From positions 32,001 through 96,000 of the forward strand of contig JBILLK010000022.1 in the NCBI GenBank assembly GCA_044376115.1: DNA of 64,000 nt, given 5' to 3'. The stretch is from Polyangiaceae bacterium (GTDB lineage: Bacteria > Myxococcota_A > Polyangia > Polyangiales > Polyangiaceae). Shown here in pieces: positions 39,789 through 49,556 of this stretch (within the stretch, counting starts at the first letter, position 1; each line of letters begins with the position of its first letter). The position numbers were made by a program, and so were the translations under genes. Below the pieces are notes generated by a model. It was not told the DNA's origin. It was given only the letters and a program-made list of their open reading frames with translations, and did no database searches.

Positions 39789-39804
39789 AGCAACGCCCAT
39801 GCCG
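39789..39804 (-). promoter_or_regulatory. Sigma54 promoter candidate
   Basis: Minus strand CGGCATGGGCGTTGCT, GG-N10-GC. Confidence 0.55.
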
Positions 39805-39965
39805 CACGCAACATCCCGGAATTGCCAACGATTTTTCGCGGCACTGTCTACGCCGCTGGACACTGCGGGTGTCCAAATTCATGGACTGTCGAAAAGGCAG
39901 GACATGAGGTGTTGGCCACGAAACGGTGCCCGGCAACGCGTTCGTTGCGGCCGTCCTCCCGTGCG

Positions 39966-40727
39966 CTAGGTCGTGCGAGCCGAAGGCTCGCAAGGGAGCC
40001 GGCGACAAGCGCCGGCGCCCGGGTAGAAGCGGCCGTTGGCCCCGGGCGCGGCGTAGCCATTGATCAGCACACGGCGCGGCACCGCGGAGTGATTGGGCGC
40101 GCTGCCGTGCACGGCCCACGGACCGAAGAACAGCACGTCGCCCGCTCGGCCAAGCACCTCGACACAACGCGATGGGTCGACCGAACCGGGCACGAGCCGA
40201 CCGCGCGCATCGAAGCTCGCCGCTTCCGCCGGGACGAACTCGAGCGGGCCGTTCTCGTGGTTCATGTCGTCGACGAGCAGGATGGTCTGCACGTACGAAC
40301 CGCGACCGTTCACATCGCGCCAGGTATCTCCGCCTTTGTCGCGGTGCTGGATGTCTTGGTGCCAATCGAAGGCCACACCGTCGTTGGGCATCTTGAAGTG
40401 CGCCTGACAGAGGAGCTGCTCACACGCCGGCGTGCCCAAGAGTTCGAGCGCAGGTTCCAACAGCCGCGCGTCCTCGCTCAGCCGCAAGAGCGCGGGCTCC
40501 ATCCCGCCGGCCCATACAACTCGCTGCACCACCACCGGGCCCTGCACGCGCGACTCAATGGCGAAGAACGCGCCCGCATGATCGCCGGTCTTGCTGAGCC
40601 CCTGCGCCGTCTCGTAGAGCCGCTCGAAGGCCGCGCGTACAACCGCAACTTCTTCGGCCGTAAAGACCTCACGCAGCACAAAGAAGCCGCGTTGATCGAA
40701 GTCGCGCCGCTCTACCTCGCTGAGCAC
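39966..40727 (-). CDS. PhyH-family Fe(II)/2-oxoglutarate dioxygenase
   Basis: FDQRGFFVL, WHQD, ENGPL, GDVLFF...HGSAPNHS..RR. Confidence 0.9.
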   Translation of the reverse strand: MLSEVERRDFDQRGFFVLREVFTAEEVAVVRAAFERLYETAQGLSKTGDHAGAFFAIESRVQGPVVVQRVVWAGGMEPALLRLSEDARLLEPALELLGTPACEQLLCQAHFKMPNDGVAFDWHQDIQHRDKGGDTWRDVNGRGSYVQTILLVDDMNHENGPLEFVPAEAASFDARGRLVPGSVDPSRCVEVLGRAGDVLFFGPWAVHGSAPNHSAVPRRVLINGYAAPGANGRFYPGAGACRRLPCEPSARTT

Positions 40728-41092
40728 GGCTCGAGTGTAGCTGGCGCGCGGAGGGTCTCCGAATTTGTGGCAGGTGCGTGGGTGTCACTTCGAGGCCGGT
40801 GTGCGAAAGCGGCAGCCTGGCATCGACGAGCGTGAACTGCGGCTGCGGGTGGCTTCCCTACGGCTGCCACGCGAGACCATGATCCGCGCCTTCGGCTGGG
40901 ATCCAGACGCAGCAGGGCCCTAGCCGATGTCTGCTCGCGCTGCTCAACGCAGCGCCCTTCCCTTAATTGTACCGGCCTTCGATACAATCCGATTCGGATC
41001 ATGCGGATGGTCCCGACCCAGAACGGGCCGTACACCGAGGGTGTCAGGACGCCGTCGCACTTGTTTGGATCGTCGGCTCGAAAGGACTCAGC

Positions 41093-41557
41093 ATGAACCG
41101 TTCGTCGCGTTTTTCGGATCCCACGTCTCCCGAGGGTCGGGCTCTCGCTGCCGCGGTGCGCGTCGCACTCGGCTCGGGGCTCGTGGTCGCGTGTGGAGGT
41201 CGCCTCGCCGAGCCAGAACCGTCGAGGCTGCCACCGTCCACTACGAACCCTGCCGCGACCACTCCGGCCAATTCGGCTCCTGGTCCGGTTTCGCAGACGC
41301 TGGAGTCGTGCGAGGCGCGCCTCGAGGCGGCCTTTCCCGGTGGTGGCGCGCCTTTCTACGTGAACGATGTCCCGCGATCGACCGATCCGCTGCTGGTCGC
41401 CTGCTGCCAGCAAATCGAGGCGGCCGCGTCGGGGCTCGATGCAACCGAGAGGATTCGGAGCTCGGGCTGTTGCCACGTCGCCTCAACCGACACGACCGGC
41501 GCGTGCACGCCTTGGGGCCCACCGGTTCCGCCCGCGATGCCCGCGAGGCTCGCGTGA
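41093..41557 (+). CDS. Cys-containing lipoprotein-like protein ending CTPWGPPVPPAM
   Basis: VVACGG lipobox-like segment, two CC pairs; GTGA overlap with the next gene. Confidence 0.7.
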   Translation: MNRSSRFSDPTSPEGRALAAAVRVALGSGLVVACGGRLAEPEPSRLPPSTTNPAATTPANSAPGPVSQTLESCEARLEAAFPGGGAPFYVNDVPRSTDPLLVACCQQIEAAASGLDATERIRSSGCCHVASTDTTGACTPWGPPVPPAMPARLA

Positions 41558-42441
41558 GCACGACCCCAAGCGAGCGCGTGCTCGACCTCTCCACGCCATG
41601 CGCGCCGGTCGCGGCGGCGCTCGATCTCGAGGTCCCGCCGGACTTCGCTGCCGCGACGCGTGCCACGTGGCTCGGACGCATGGTGAACGAATACCGCTCC
41701 GGCACCGTGTTCGAGCACACCGCAGCAGGTCTGGCCCGTGCGGGCTGCTCGCCGGAGGTCGTCGCCGAGTGCCGCAGCTTCGCCGAAGAAGAGCGGCGTC
41801 ACGGAGTGTTGTGCGGCGCCGTGGTGTTGCGCGCCGGTGGGGAAGCTCGCGTTCCCATCGAAGCCGACGAGCCTTTTCCCGAGCACACCGACACCACGCC
41901 CCGCGCCGCAGCCGTGCGCAACCTGATCGCCATCTCGTGTTTGGCGGAGACGGTCGCCGTGGCGCTCATCGGCGACGAACGTGAGCGCATGCCCGAAGGG
42001 CCGCTGCGAGAGCTGCTCACGGGCATTTGGGCGGACGAGGTCGGGCATGCGCGCTTCGGATGGCGCACCGTCGCCTTACTGCTTCCAACGCTCGACGCGG
42101 ACGAACGAGAGGCAGTGATCGCTTATCTGCCCGTAGCGTTCGAGCACCTCGAGCGGCACGAGCTCGAGCACCTTCCCGAGACCGCCCACGCGTCTCCAGA
42201 CAGCGAAAAGTACGGTCTTTGCTCGGGCCAGGGCGCGCGCGAGCTGTTCTACGCCACGGTCGATCGTGCGGTGGTAGCCGGGCTGGAAGCGCTCGGCTTG
42301 CCCGCCCGTCGCGCCTGGGAACGTCGAGCAGCGCCGAAGGTTCAGGCCGCGAGGGCGACGACGACCTGGAGGAAGGCAGCGCCGGCGCGGGCGCGGCTGG
42401 GCGCCCCCATCGCGCTCGAGAGTGGCGTCGACGCCGAGTAG
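41554..42441 (+). CDS. Ferritin-like diiron-carboxylate protein
   Basis: NEYRS, EEERRH, AETVA, ADEVGH give the E...ExxH...E...ExxH ligand set; GTG start inferred. Confidence 0.85.
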   Translation: MSTTPSERVLDLSTPCAPVAAALDLEVPPDFAAATRATWLGRMVNEYRSGTVFEHTAAGLARAGCSPEVVAECRSFAEEERRHGVLCGAVVLRAGGEARVPIEADEPFPEHTDTTPRAAAVRNLIAISCLAETVAVALIGDERERMPEGPLRELLTGIWADEVGHARFGWRTVALLLPTLDADEREAVIAYLPVAFEHLERHELEHLPETAHASPDSEKYGLCSGQGARELFYATVDRAVVAGLEALGLPARRAWERRAAPKVQAARATTTWRKAAPARARLGAPIALESGVDAE

Positions 42442-42521
42442 ACGATGCGCTCGCACGCCTCCTCGAAGGCCTCGCTGAGGTCTCGGCCGCGTGGGAGCAG
42501 CTCAGGGAGCTCCCGACGAGT

Positions 42522-43520
42522 TCACCTCTTCCACTTGGCCAGCTCGGCGCTGATAAGGAGACTCGGGAGCGCTCTCTGCAGCTTCGCGAGGCCAGCGGTC
42601 GTTACCCTGGTGCCGAAGAGCCTGAGCGTTCGGAGCTTCTGGAGACCAGCGAGGTGCGCGATACCCGCGTCGGTGATCGGCATGTCTTCGAGGATCAGAT
42701 CCTCGAGCTGCGTCATCGCGGCGAGCTTCATGACGCCAGCGTCGGTCAGCGCGACGTGGTCGAAGTTGATCGACGTGAGCCGTGGAAGACCCGCGAGCTG
42801 ATCGATGCCGGCGTCGGTCACCTTCGTGTAGCGAAGGTTCAGGCGTTCGAGATCGCGCATGCCGGCGAGCTGTGCGAGCCCCACATCCGTGACGTCCGCC
42901 ATACCGAGGTTCAACGACTCCAGCTTCGTCAGCGGCGCCAGCGAGCGGAGTCCGCCGTCGGTGATCTTGCTTCCGTGCAGGTCGAGGCGGCGCAGCTCGG
43001 TCAGCTTGGCGAGGTGCGCCGCGCCCTCGTCGGTGATGCCGGCCCCCACGATCGAGAGCGTCTCGAGCTTCGTCAGGTTCGCCAGGTACGGCATCCCCGC
43101 ATCCGTCACTTTCGTGGCGTGCAGGCTCAGCCACGTCAGCTCGGTCAGCCGGGGGATGCCGCGGATTCCGGCGTCGGTCACCGGTGCCCAGTGCACGGCG
43201 AGCGTGTCCAGCTGCGTTAGCAGACCAAGATTCTCGAGGTCCGCATCCGTCGTGCCGCCGCCGCACTCGAGCGAACGCTTCGTTGGCTCCACGACCTGGC
43301 CGCAGACCTCGATCGGGCCGGTCGGGGCAGTTGGCTTGGTCGGGGGTGGCGTCGAGGAGTTCGTCGTTGATGCTCCCGTCCTCCGTGCTCCTGTCGTCGA
43401 GGAGGTCGGCCTGGAGGTCGGGATTGGTTCGACGAGGGCGGATCGCTTCGCCGAGCCACCACAGCAGAGCATCACGAGCGCGCCCATCGCGACGAGGAGC
43501 GACCTGGATACCGCGTTCAT
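42522..43520 (-). CDS. Leucine-rich repeat protein, probably exported
   Basis: 24-aa repeats LxxLxxLxLxxxx(V/I)TDxG; N-terminal hydrophobic segment with Cys. Confidence 0.9.
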   Translation of the reverse strand: MNAVSRSLLVAMGALVMLCCGGSAKRSALVEPIPTSRPTSSTTGARRTGASTTNSSTPPPTKPTAPTGPIEVCGQVVEPTKRSLECGGGTTDADLENLGLLTQLDTLAVHWAPVTDAGIRGIPRLTELTWLSLHATKVTDAGMPYLANLTKLETLSIVGAGITDEGAAHLAKLTELRRLDLHGSKITDGGLRSLAPLTKLESLNLGMADVTDVGLAQLAGMRDLERLNLRYTKVTDAGIDQLAGLPRLTSINFDHVALTDAGVMKLAAMTQLEDLILEDMPITDAGIAHLAGLQKLRTLRLFGTRVTTAGLAKLQRALPSLLISAELAKWKR

Positions 43521-43643
43521 CGCGCACATCGTATGCGGTGCTGCGCTCAGGGCGGCTAGGGAATTCGAACCGCTGCGCCTGGCGCTGCTGGAGCGGGGTG
43601 AACTGCTTGCCGCGAGCTCGCGCGCCGCAGTGAGCTACGGAGG

Positions 43644-43916
43644 TCAGTGCTCCAGCTTCTCGCGCTGATCCGCCGTGAGCATGGCGCTGCATGCCTCGAG
43701 CGCTGCGACGTCGCGTGCGGCCGCGATGCACTCAAGTGCTTCGTCACCCCATCCATCATTGATGCAGTGGCGAGCGTGCCCGAGGACCGCAGGTTTCGGG
43801 ATGCTCTGCCCATCGATCAAGGCCCGGAACGCGTCTTCGCACTTGCTCTCCTGACTGCGACATCCAATCAGTGCAGTGAAGGTCAACAGGATTGCGGGCG
43901 GCATCGTCAGCCTCAT
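43644..43916 (-). CDS. Small Cys-rich lipoprotein
   Basis: LIGC lipobox; C...C...W...EC...C..ML..Q helical pattern at the end of the 43644..44516 ORF. Confidence 0.6.
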   Translation of the reverse strand: MRLTMPPAILLTFTALIGCRSQESKCEDAFRALIDGQSIPKPAVLGHARHCINDGWGDEALECIAAARDVAALEACSAMLTADQREKLEH

Positions 43917-43949
43917 CGCATCGATAATACTCACAGCACAGCGCGGAAG

Positions 43950-45146
43950 ACCGGGACTGTCAACCTCTCCGGTGGACCGTTCGATCGCGACCTCCTCGAG
44001 ATCCACACGCAGCGCCTCTCGTCCGGGTTCGTCGCGTCGGCGGAGGCGTTCGGTGTCGTCGATCGACGCCTCCTGTTCCTCTGGGCTCGCACTGCGGACG
44101 CGTGCGAACCGTTTCCGAGCGGAGGGGATGCGGCGGAGCGTGGCCACGATCGCTTCCGGACCAGCATCGACGAGCTCGTCGCGGTCGGCGTCGCGCCCGA
44201 CCTCGCCCACGACTGCGTGCTCGTTCACGGCGCACAGTCCTCGCGCTGGTGGGCGTCGACGGCCATCCACGTGTGGGAGCAGCTCTCGCTCGACGGACCC
44301 GCGTTCGTCTCGCGCGTCGTGTCGAAGCGGTCCGGTGAGCTCCGGCTCGTCGATCTGTTCACGTCGCTGGCGTGGCTGCCCAAGGCGCTGCTGGACGCCG
44401 GCCCGCGCGAGCTGGTCCGCAAGCTGTTGGCGGTGCCGGGCCTCGTCCCGGACCGAACGATCACCGAGATGCTCGACGACAGCACGTGCTCGGAGACGTT
44501 CGAGCCGCTCCGGCAACCGAAGGCAACGCGCGCTGGCACCGGTCTCGCCGCGCGGACGTCGAGGCCTGCGCCGCTGGTTGCTGTCACGAGCGACGCCGAC
44601 ATCGCACGGAAGCTCGCCGACCTCGTTACCCCCGACGCCGCCACCGCTCCCATCGCCGCTTCCCCGGCCGCGCCGGACGTAGCGATCGCGCCTGCTCGAG
44701 TCGAGCGCGTGCGCACCGCCGCGCAGGCGCTGTCGGATCTGTCGGGAAGCGCGTCACGTCCCGCTTCCGACGCGCAGCTGCGATCGCTGGAGAACTTCCT
44801 CGGGAGCGTTCCCGTCGATCTACGAGCCTACTTCGGCGTGACGGCGAAGCCGGGTTACGGGCTCGCACCGACCGGGACGGAGACGAGCGCGCTCTCGCTG
44901 GGCGAGGCGCTGCGCGAGACGAAGGCGCTCCGGAGGCACGGCGCCGATCCCGGCCTGCTCGCGCTCTTCTCGTACGGGTCTGGCGACTACGCGTGCTTCG
45001 ACAGCGAGACCGCGAAGATCGTCTACTGGGACCACGAGACGCGCGGGACGAGCGACGTCGATCCCGATCTCGCGGTGGCGCTCAAGCGGCTGGTCATCGG
45101 CCCGGCCAGGCGAGCAGGAGGAGCAAAGAGGCGTCGCATGGGCTGA
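43950..45146 (+). CDS. Protein with C-terminal SMI1/KNR4 (SUKH) domain; start unresolved
   Basis: PASDAQLRSLE...PVDLRAYF...GSGDYACFD...IVYWDHET. Confidence 0.75.
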   Translation, partial: TGTVNLSGGPFDRDLLEIHTQRLSSGFVASAEAFGVVDRRLLFLWARTADACEPFPSGGDAAERGHDRFRTSIDELVAVGVAPDLAHDCVLVHGAQSSRWWASTAIHVWEQLSLDGPAFVSRVVSKRSGELRLVDLFTSLAWLPKALLDAGPRELVRKLLAVPGLVPDRTITEMLDDSTCSETFEPLRQPKATRAGTGLAARTSRPAPLVAVTSDADIARKLADLVTPDAATAPIAASPAAPDVAIAPARVERVRTAAQALSDLSGSASRPASDAQLRSLENFLGSVPVDLRAYFGVTAKPGYGLAPTGTETSALSLGEALRETKALRRHGADPGLLALFSYGSGDYACFDSETAKIVYWDHETRGTSDVDPDLAVALKRLVIGPARRAGGAKRRRMG

Positions 45147-45348
45147 CGTCGCTCGGCGCGGGCGCCGGCGTGGCGGGTGCTGGCGCGGACGAACTGCCAC
45201 ACGCCGCGACCGCGATGAACGAACAGCAGGCGAGGAGCGCAGGCGGGCGACGGACGTTCATGCGGCCGCTGCAATAGCACGCGAACCGGAGCTGGCGCTT
45301 CGGACCCGTCCGTGCAGCGCGACCTAGCGCGGACAACCGGAGCTGTCC

Positions 45349-45487
45349 GTGCCTCAAGAGCCAGGCCCACGGGCGTCGGCGTGGCTCGTTGTCGGGGTTG
45401 TCACCGAACAGCTCGAGCTGCACCACGCGGGTGGCCAAGCACGCGACCTCGGGATGGGGCACGACCTCACTCCGTACCTTCGCGCAC
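45349..45487 (-). mobile_element. Possible IS91-family transposase fragment
   Basis: Translates ACAKVRSEVVP...QLELF...RRRPWAWLLRH, resembling the C-terminal part of IS91-type transposases as I recall them; no ends or catalytic motif present. Confidence 0.4.
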
Positions 45488-45525
45488 GCTCGACCTTGCG
45501 ATTCTTCTCGGACTGCGCGAGTGCC

Positions 45526-46263
45526 TCAGGCCGGCGGAAGCAGATCGCTCTCGCTTAGCGTGAAGGGAATGGGAGGGTATACGAAACCAACGTCCTCGTT
45601 CTCGCGTCGTCTCAGCTTGAACAGCTCGCGACGCTGCTCCTCGCTTGCGACCGTCAAGCGCGCGCCACTGGGAAGCGTCGGGTGTCCCTCGAAGAAGCGC
45701 ACAAACGTCTTCGACGTTCGAAAGGTGATCCCGAGCCAGTCGCTGTCGGGAGCATTCGAACGCAGCGTGATCGCGTGCAAAAACCGTCGATTGCTGTCGA
45801 GCGAGAAGGCGACGACGCAGCCGTGATTGAGTGGGACCTCGAACGCGTCGCCGGATTCCTTGGGATGCACCATCAATCGTCGCGACGGCTTCTCGGGATC
45901 TCGGTAGCAGGAGTAGACCGCGATCGTCGATCCCTCTGCCAGATCCAAGGCCTGATCGGAGTGTGGCTTCATCCTCGAGTAGGCCCTGGTGTAGTGCTCG
46001 ACGAGCGCGTTGTTGAATCCGTGCAAGAACCCAGCGCGCTCGCGAATCTCCTCCGCGAGGGCATCATGAATGGGTCGAAACGGCTGTGCCGGAGCACTGT
46101 ACGACGTCGTGCTGCGGACGATCGGGATCCCGCTCGCGTCGACCTTGACGAGCACGGCCCCACGCCTACCTGCAGTCACCTCATCGAACCGGACCTGCGT
46201 CAGCAGCTCCTCGAATGAACGGCCCGCAGCAGCCAACGGCCAGGATCGGAATTCGTCAATCAT
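45526..46263 (-). CDS. AlkB-like Fe(II)/2OG dioxygenase
   Basis: FNNALVEHY, HSDQALDL, FLHAI, GITFRTSK. Confidence 0.8.
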   Translation of the reverse strand: MIDEFRSWPLAAAGRSFEELLTQVRFDEVTAGRRGAVLVKVDASGIPIVRSTTSYSAPAQPFRPIHDALAEEIRERAGFLHGFNNALVEHYTRAYSRMKPHSDQALDLAEGSTIAVYSCYRDPEKPSRRLMVHPKESGDAFEVPLNHGCVVAFSLDSNRRFLHAITLRSNAPDSDWLGITFRTSKTFVRFFEGHPTLPSGARLTVASEEQRRELFKLRRRENEDVGFVYPPIPFTLSESDLLPPA

Positions 46264-47443
46264 GCTTTGGATCGGGGGGCTTGTAGTCGCCTTCGTTCAT
46301 ACTGAAGCGGAACTTGTCACCGTACTCGATCAAGGCATCCGATCGGTTCTCGGCCGCATAGAGTTCGCGGAGCGCAGTCCTCCCATCGGGCGTCGGTGAT
46401 TCCATCTCCACGAGCTGCCCAGCGATCTTGAGAAAGGTTCCGCGACTCTTGTGCACGGCCTCGGTCTTCGAGCAGCGCACGACATAGCCGAGGCGCGTGG
46501 GAAGCAGCTCGGCGTTGAGCATCGATGACTGAATCTCGTGGGTGTAGAGCCGGTTCGTGGATAGCGGCATGAAGAACACCGAGTTCGGGTAAAGGGTCAC
46601 AGAAAACTCTCGCAGCAGACCCTCGCGCCTTCGCACGGGCTCCTTCAGTCGAAAGTGCAGCTTCGTCAATCCGCTCCTTCCCTTGTAGCCGTAGTCGAAC
46701 GCGTCGTTGGGCAACGGGCCGAGCTTGCCGAGCCCGTCGTAGAACGTGCAGAACGCCATGATGCCATTGCTGGGCATGTCCTTTGTCTTGTCGGAATGCG
46801 CAGCGATCTTCGCCTTGGTCTGCTTGCTACCGTCTCGCTCCGGCGTGTTCGCGTAGATTTGCGCGAGCACATGATTGAGCGGGGCGTGGTCGCGAAAGAC
46901 GGCGGCCGCCTCGTCGTTCAGTGCCGCCACGATGCGCCGATCGGTCGCACAGAAGTTCTCGGTGGGCCCGGAGAGGTTCGTCGAACAGCGCAACAAGCGA
47001 AAGTGCAGCTCGTCGCCGTGTCGGTGCACTGGCGTCAGGTAGACGCCCAATCGATGCGCCTTCGACGGCTTGACGGACTCGGTGAGCGTTTGGAAAGTGT
47101 GCTCCGACGAGATACGGCGGAAGTAGTCGTCGTCGTCGAAAAAGCGCCGATAGTAGACGCCGACGCCACCCACTCGCACGGGCACCTGCCCAAGCGTGAC
47201 GGGCTTGATCGCGCCGCTGTAGCCGTGGGACAGCTCCAGAACCACGAAGACCCGGGCGGCGCCGTCGAGACGGCCTCCAAACCTCGCGATGTCACCCGTC
47301 AAGTAGAGCGACTTCCCCGACAAATCAGCGGGCACCTCCCTCGCCACCGAGCCAAAGAAGTCAAAGCCGATGTGTTGGTCGGCGGCTGCGACGAGAACGT
47401 TTCCCGTATCCACGAGTGTAGCTTCGGTCGGTATTCCAGCCAT
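46256..47443 (-). CDS. AlkB-like Fe(II)/2OG dioxygenase with N-terminal extension
   Basis: LNHVLAQIY, HSDKTKDM, YTHEI, GYVVRCSK; collinear motifs with the downstream gene. Confidence 0.75.
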   Translation of the reverse strand: MAGIPTEATLVDTGNVLVAAADQHIGFDFFGSVAREVPADLSGKSLYLTGDIARFGGRLDGAARVFVVLELSHGYSGAIKPVTLGQVPVRVGGVGVYYRRFFDDDDYFRRISSEHTFQTLTESVKPSKAHRLGVYLTPVHRHGDELHFRLLRCSTNLSGPTENFCATDRRIVAALNDEAAAVFRDHAPLNHVLAQIYANTPERDGSKQTKAKIAAHSDKTKDMPSNGIMAFCTFYDGLGKLGPLPNDAFDYGYKGRSGLTKLHFRLKEPVRRREGLLREFSVTLYPNSVFFMPLSTNRLYTHEIQSSMLNAELLPTRLGYVVRCSKTEAVHKSRGTFLKIAGQLVEMESPTPDGRTALRELYAAENRSDALIEYGDKFRFSMNEGDYKPPDPKHD

Positions 47444-47446
47444 GGT

Positions 47447-47769
47447 CTAGGCCTCACCACGCGACGCGGCATCGACGCACTTCAATAGGGTCGGTATGCG
47501 ATGCTCGCCGTGCATCGCCGAGATCCACGAACGTCGACCCCTACCGCGGTAACAAACAGTGGGCGCTTGCCGTTTCCTCGAAACACGTGGACGGCAATCC
47601 GGGCGGGGGGAAGCTCCCGGCGGTAGAGCTGTCCAGGAACGTAGGAAGCGGCAAGCGCGCTCTCGACGTTCAGGATGGAGTTCGGCTCCGCGTCCGCGAA
47701 GTCGCGAAATAGCACGCATGCAACCCGCGAGGACTCTTCGAGATAGGCCACGTCAACGCAGGCGAACAC
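47447..47769 (-). pseudogene. nfi: Endonuclease V remnant
   Basis: CVDVAY and YVPGQLYRRELP, then jumps to RGNGKRPLFVTAVG and, in another frame, MHGEHRIPTLLK; the central DG/GVAK block is missing. Confidence 0.75.
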
Positions 47770-48192
47770 CGCATCAAGCTAGCACGAGCGAGACGCACCA
47801 CGGGCTGCCCGCTCAGCCTCCACCTCGAAGCACGTCTCGCAGGGTCGCGGCCTCGATCTCGCGTTTGCCGCAGGCGTTCTAGCGGAATGGCGGTGGGCGG
47901 GCCGCTCAGTCAAGCGCCGAGCGAAGAAGAGCCTCGGCCTTGCGACGGTCGCGGGGGCGCTCACCGGTGCGGTGAGCGTCATCCAACGTGGCAACTCGGC
48001 GCTGAGGCTCCAACGCGCATGAGGACACCTGCGCCGACTTTGGGCTGCGCTGGCTCGCTCACGAGGCACCCGGCGTTCTACTCGCCTGCGACGGCGCCAA
48101 GGAGAGCTGCGAACTATCGCTGTGGGGTGGCGCGGACGGCGAGGAGGTGATCACTAGCTGCGCGTTCTAAGCGGATGGGCACCTTGGTGTCT

Positions 48193-49400
48193 CTAGCGCA
48201 GGCCATCGGCCCTGCAGCGAACTCCTCGCACCCAAGCGCTGCCCTCGGACCGGTAGGTCACGGCGAAGAGCTCGCCGCTCCAGCTCACTGCCGCGCCCCT
48301 GACTGCGCCGAGGTCGATGCCTTCATCGAGTTCCTCGTGGAGCCAGCTGTCGCGGTGGAGCTTACCGTCGACCACGCGGGCCCTCACGTCGTCCGTGAAC
48401 GGGCGCATCGGCAGCTCGTCGCTCTTGGTGCGAGCCCCTTTGTAGTGGAGGTGGTCTGCCGCGAGCGTCGCGTACCCGATGTGCTGAGGGCCGTGGAGCC
48501 ATCCCCTCCAGGCCAGCTCGATCGCCCCCCCGCGTTGTAACGCGCGTCCAAGCGTCCTTCGCGCAGAAGCGTGATGCCGCCGAGCACGCCGTCGTCGCGG
48601 GTCAATGGACGCTCGCCGTCGAGGGTCAGGACCGCGTCGAGTGTTCGCTCGTCGCCCACCAGAAAGGTCGCGGGGCCCTGTCCTCGCACAGGGAGCAACA
48701 CCTCGTGGGGCGGCGCCTCTCGGACGCTGAGCCTCACGTCGCCCGCCGAGCTCGTGACCTCGACGAGCTGGCCGTGGGCGGTGACCATCGCCAGAGGCCC
48801 TCTTGTGGGGCCGGCCATGGCGATCACGGGATGGTCGCCGAGGAGGAGCTCGGTGTGGCTCTTCGGAAGTCCCTCGCGCGTGACCCGCATCGCGAAGAGG
48901 CGGACGGCGCCGGGAACCATGCAGCGGCGGTAGCAATCGTGGCTGCAGACGTGGGGGAGCGTTCCTGGGCCGACCCAACCGCGGCAGGCAGCGTCCACAC
49001 ACTTCGCGGGGCACACCCAGGCCTTGACCCCGCGCTCCTGTGCAACGATCAGGAACCCTTCCTCCCACGGCACCACCAGCGAAGTGGGGTAGGGAACGGG
49101 CAGCACCTGCTGAGGGCCGCTCGGTCGGCCGTCTCGCGTCAGTGGCCGAACCATGAGCGAGCCGGCGTGCGGCCATGCGGCGAGCCCGCTCCGCGCATCG
49201 AACGCGGAGCTGGTGGTACCCGACGTCGCGTTGCCAAGCAGGCTATCGTGGACGACGCGGCAGCGGCCGCCAGCGGTGTCGCGGGTTGGCTCGGGCAGCG
49301 TTGCGACGGGGACGGTTGGCTCTCCTTCGGTCGGTCGAGGGATCGCTGAGGACGCGGATACGCAACCCGCGAGCAAATAGCACAGCCACAATGCGCGCAC
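48193..49400 (-). pseudogene. Lipoprotein split at a G7 run
   Basis: LLAGC lipobox; protein-like sequence switches frame at the homopolymer 48525-48531. Confidence 0.55.
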
Positions 49401-49556
49401 TCGGCAAGGGACACTCCATCCCCGCGGAGGTTCCGCAGGCCGGGGAAGCCTGATACCCTCCCTCAGCGCGTCGCGTTTCTCGCAGCCCTCGTGGATAGCC
49501 TGGCCAACCTCGTCGGCAGGTGATCCGCGGGTCCTTGTCAGCGCCCCATCCAGCCC

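Noticed and set aside
47779..48150. Short ORFs between the nfi remnant and the split lipoprotein
   Set aside because: Only patchy protein-like fragments in several frames; no family identifiable.
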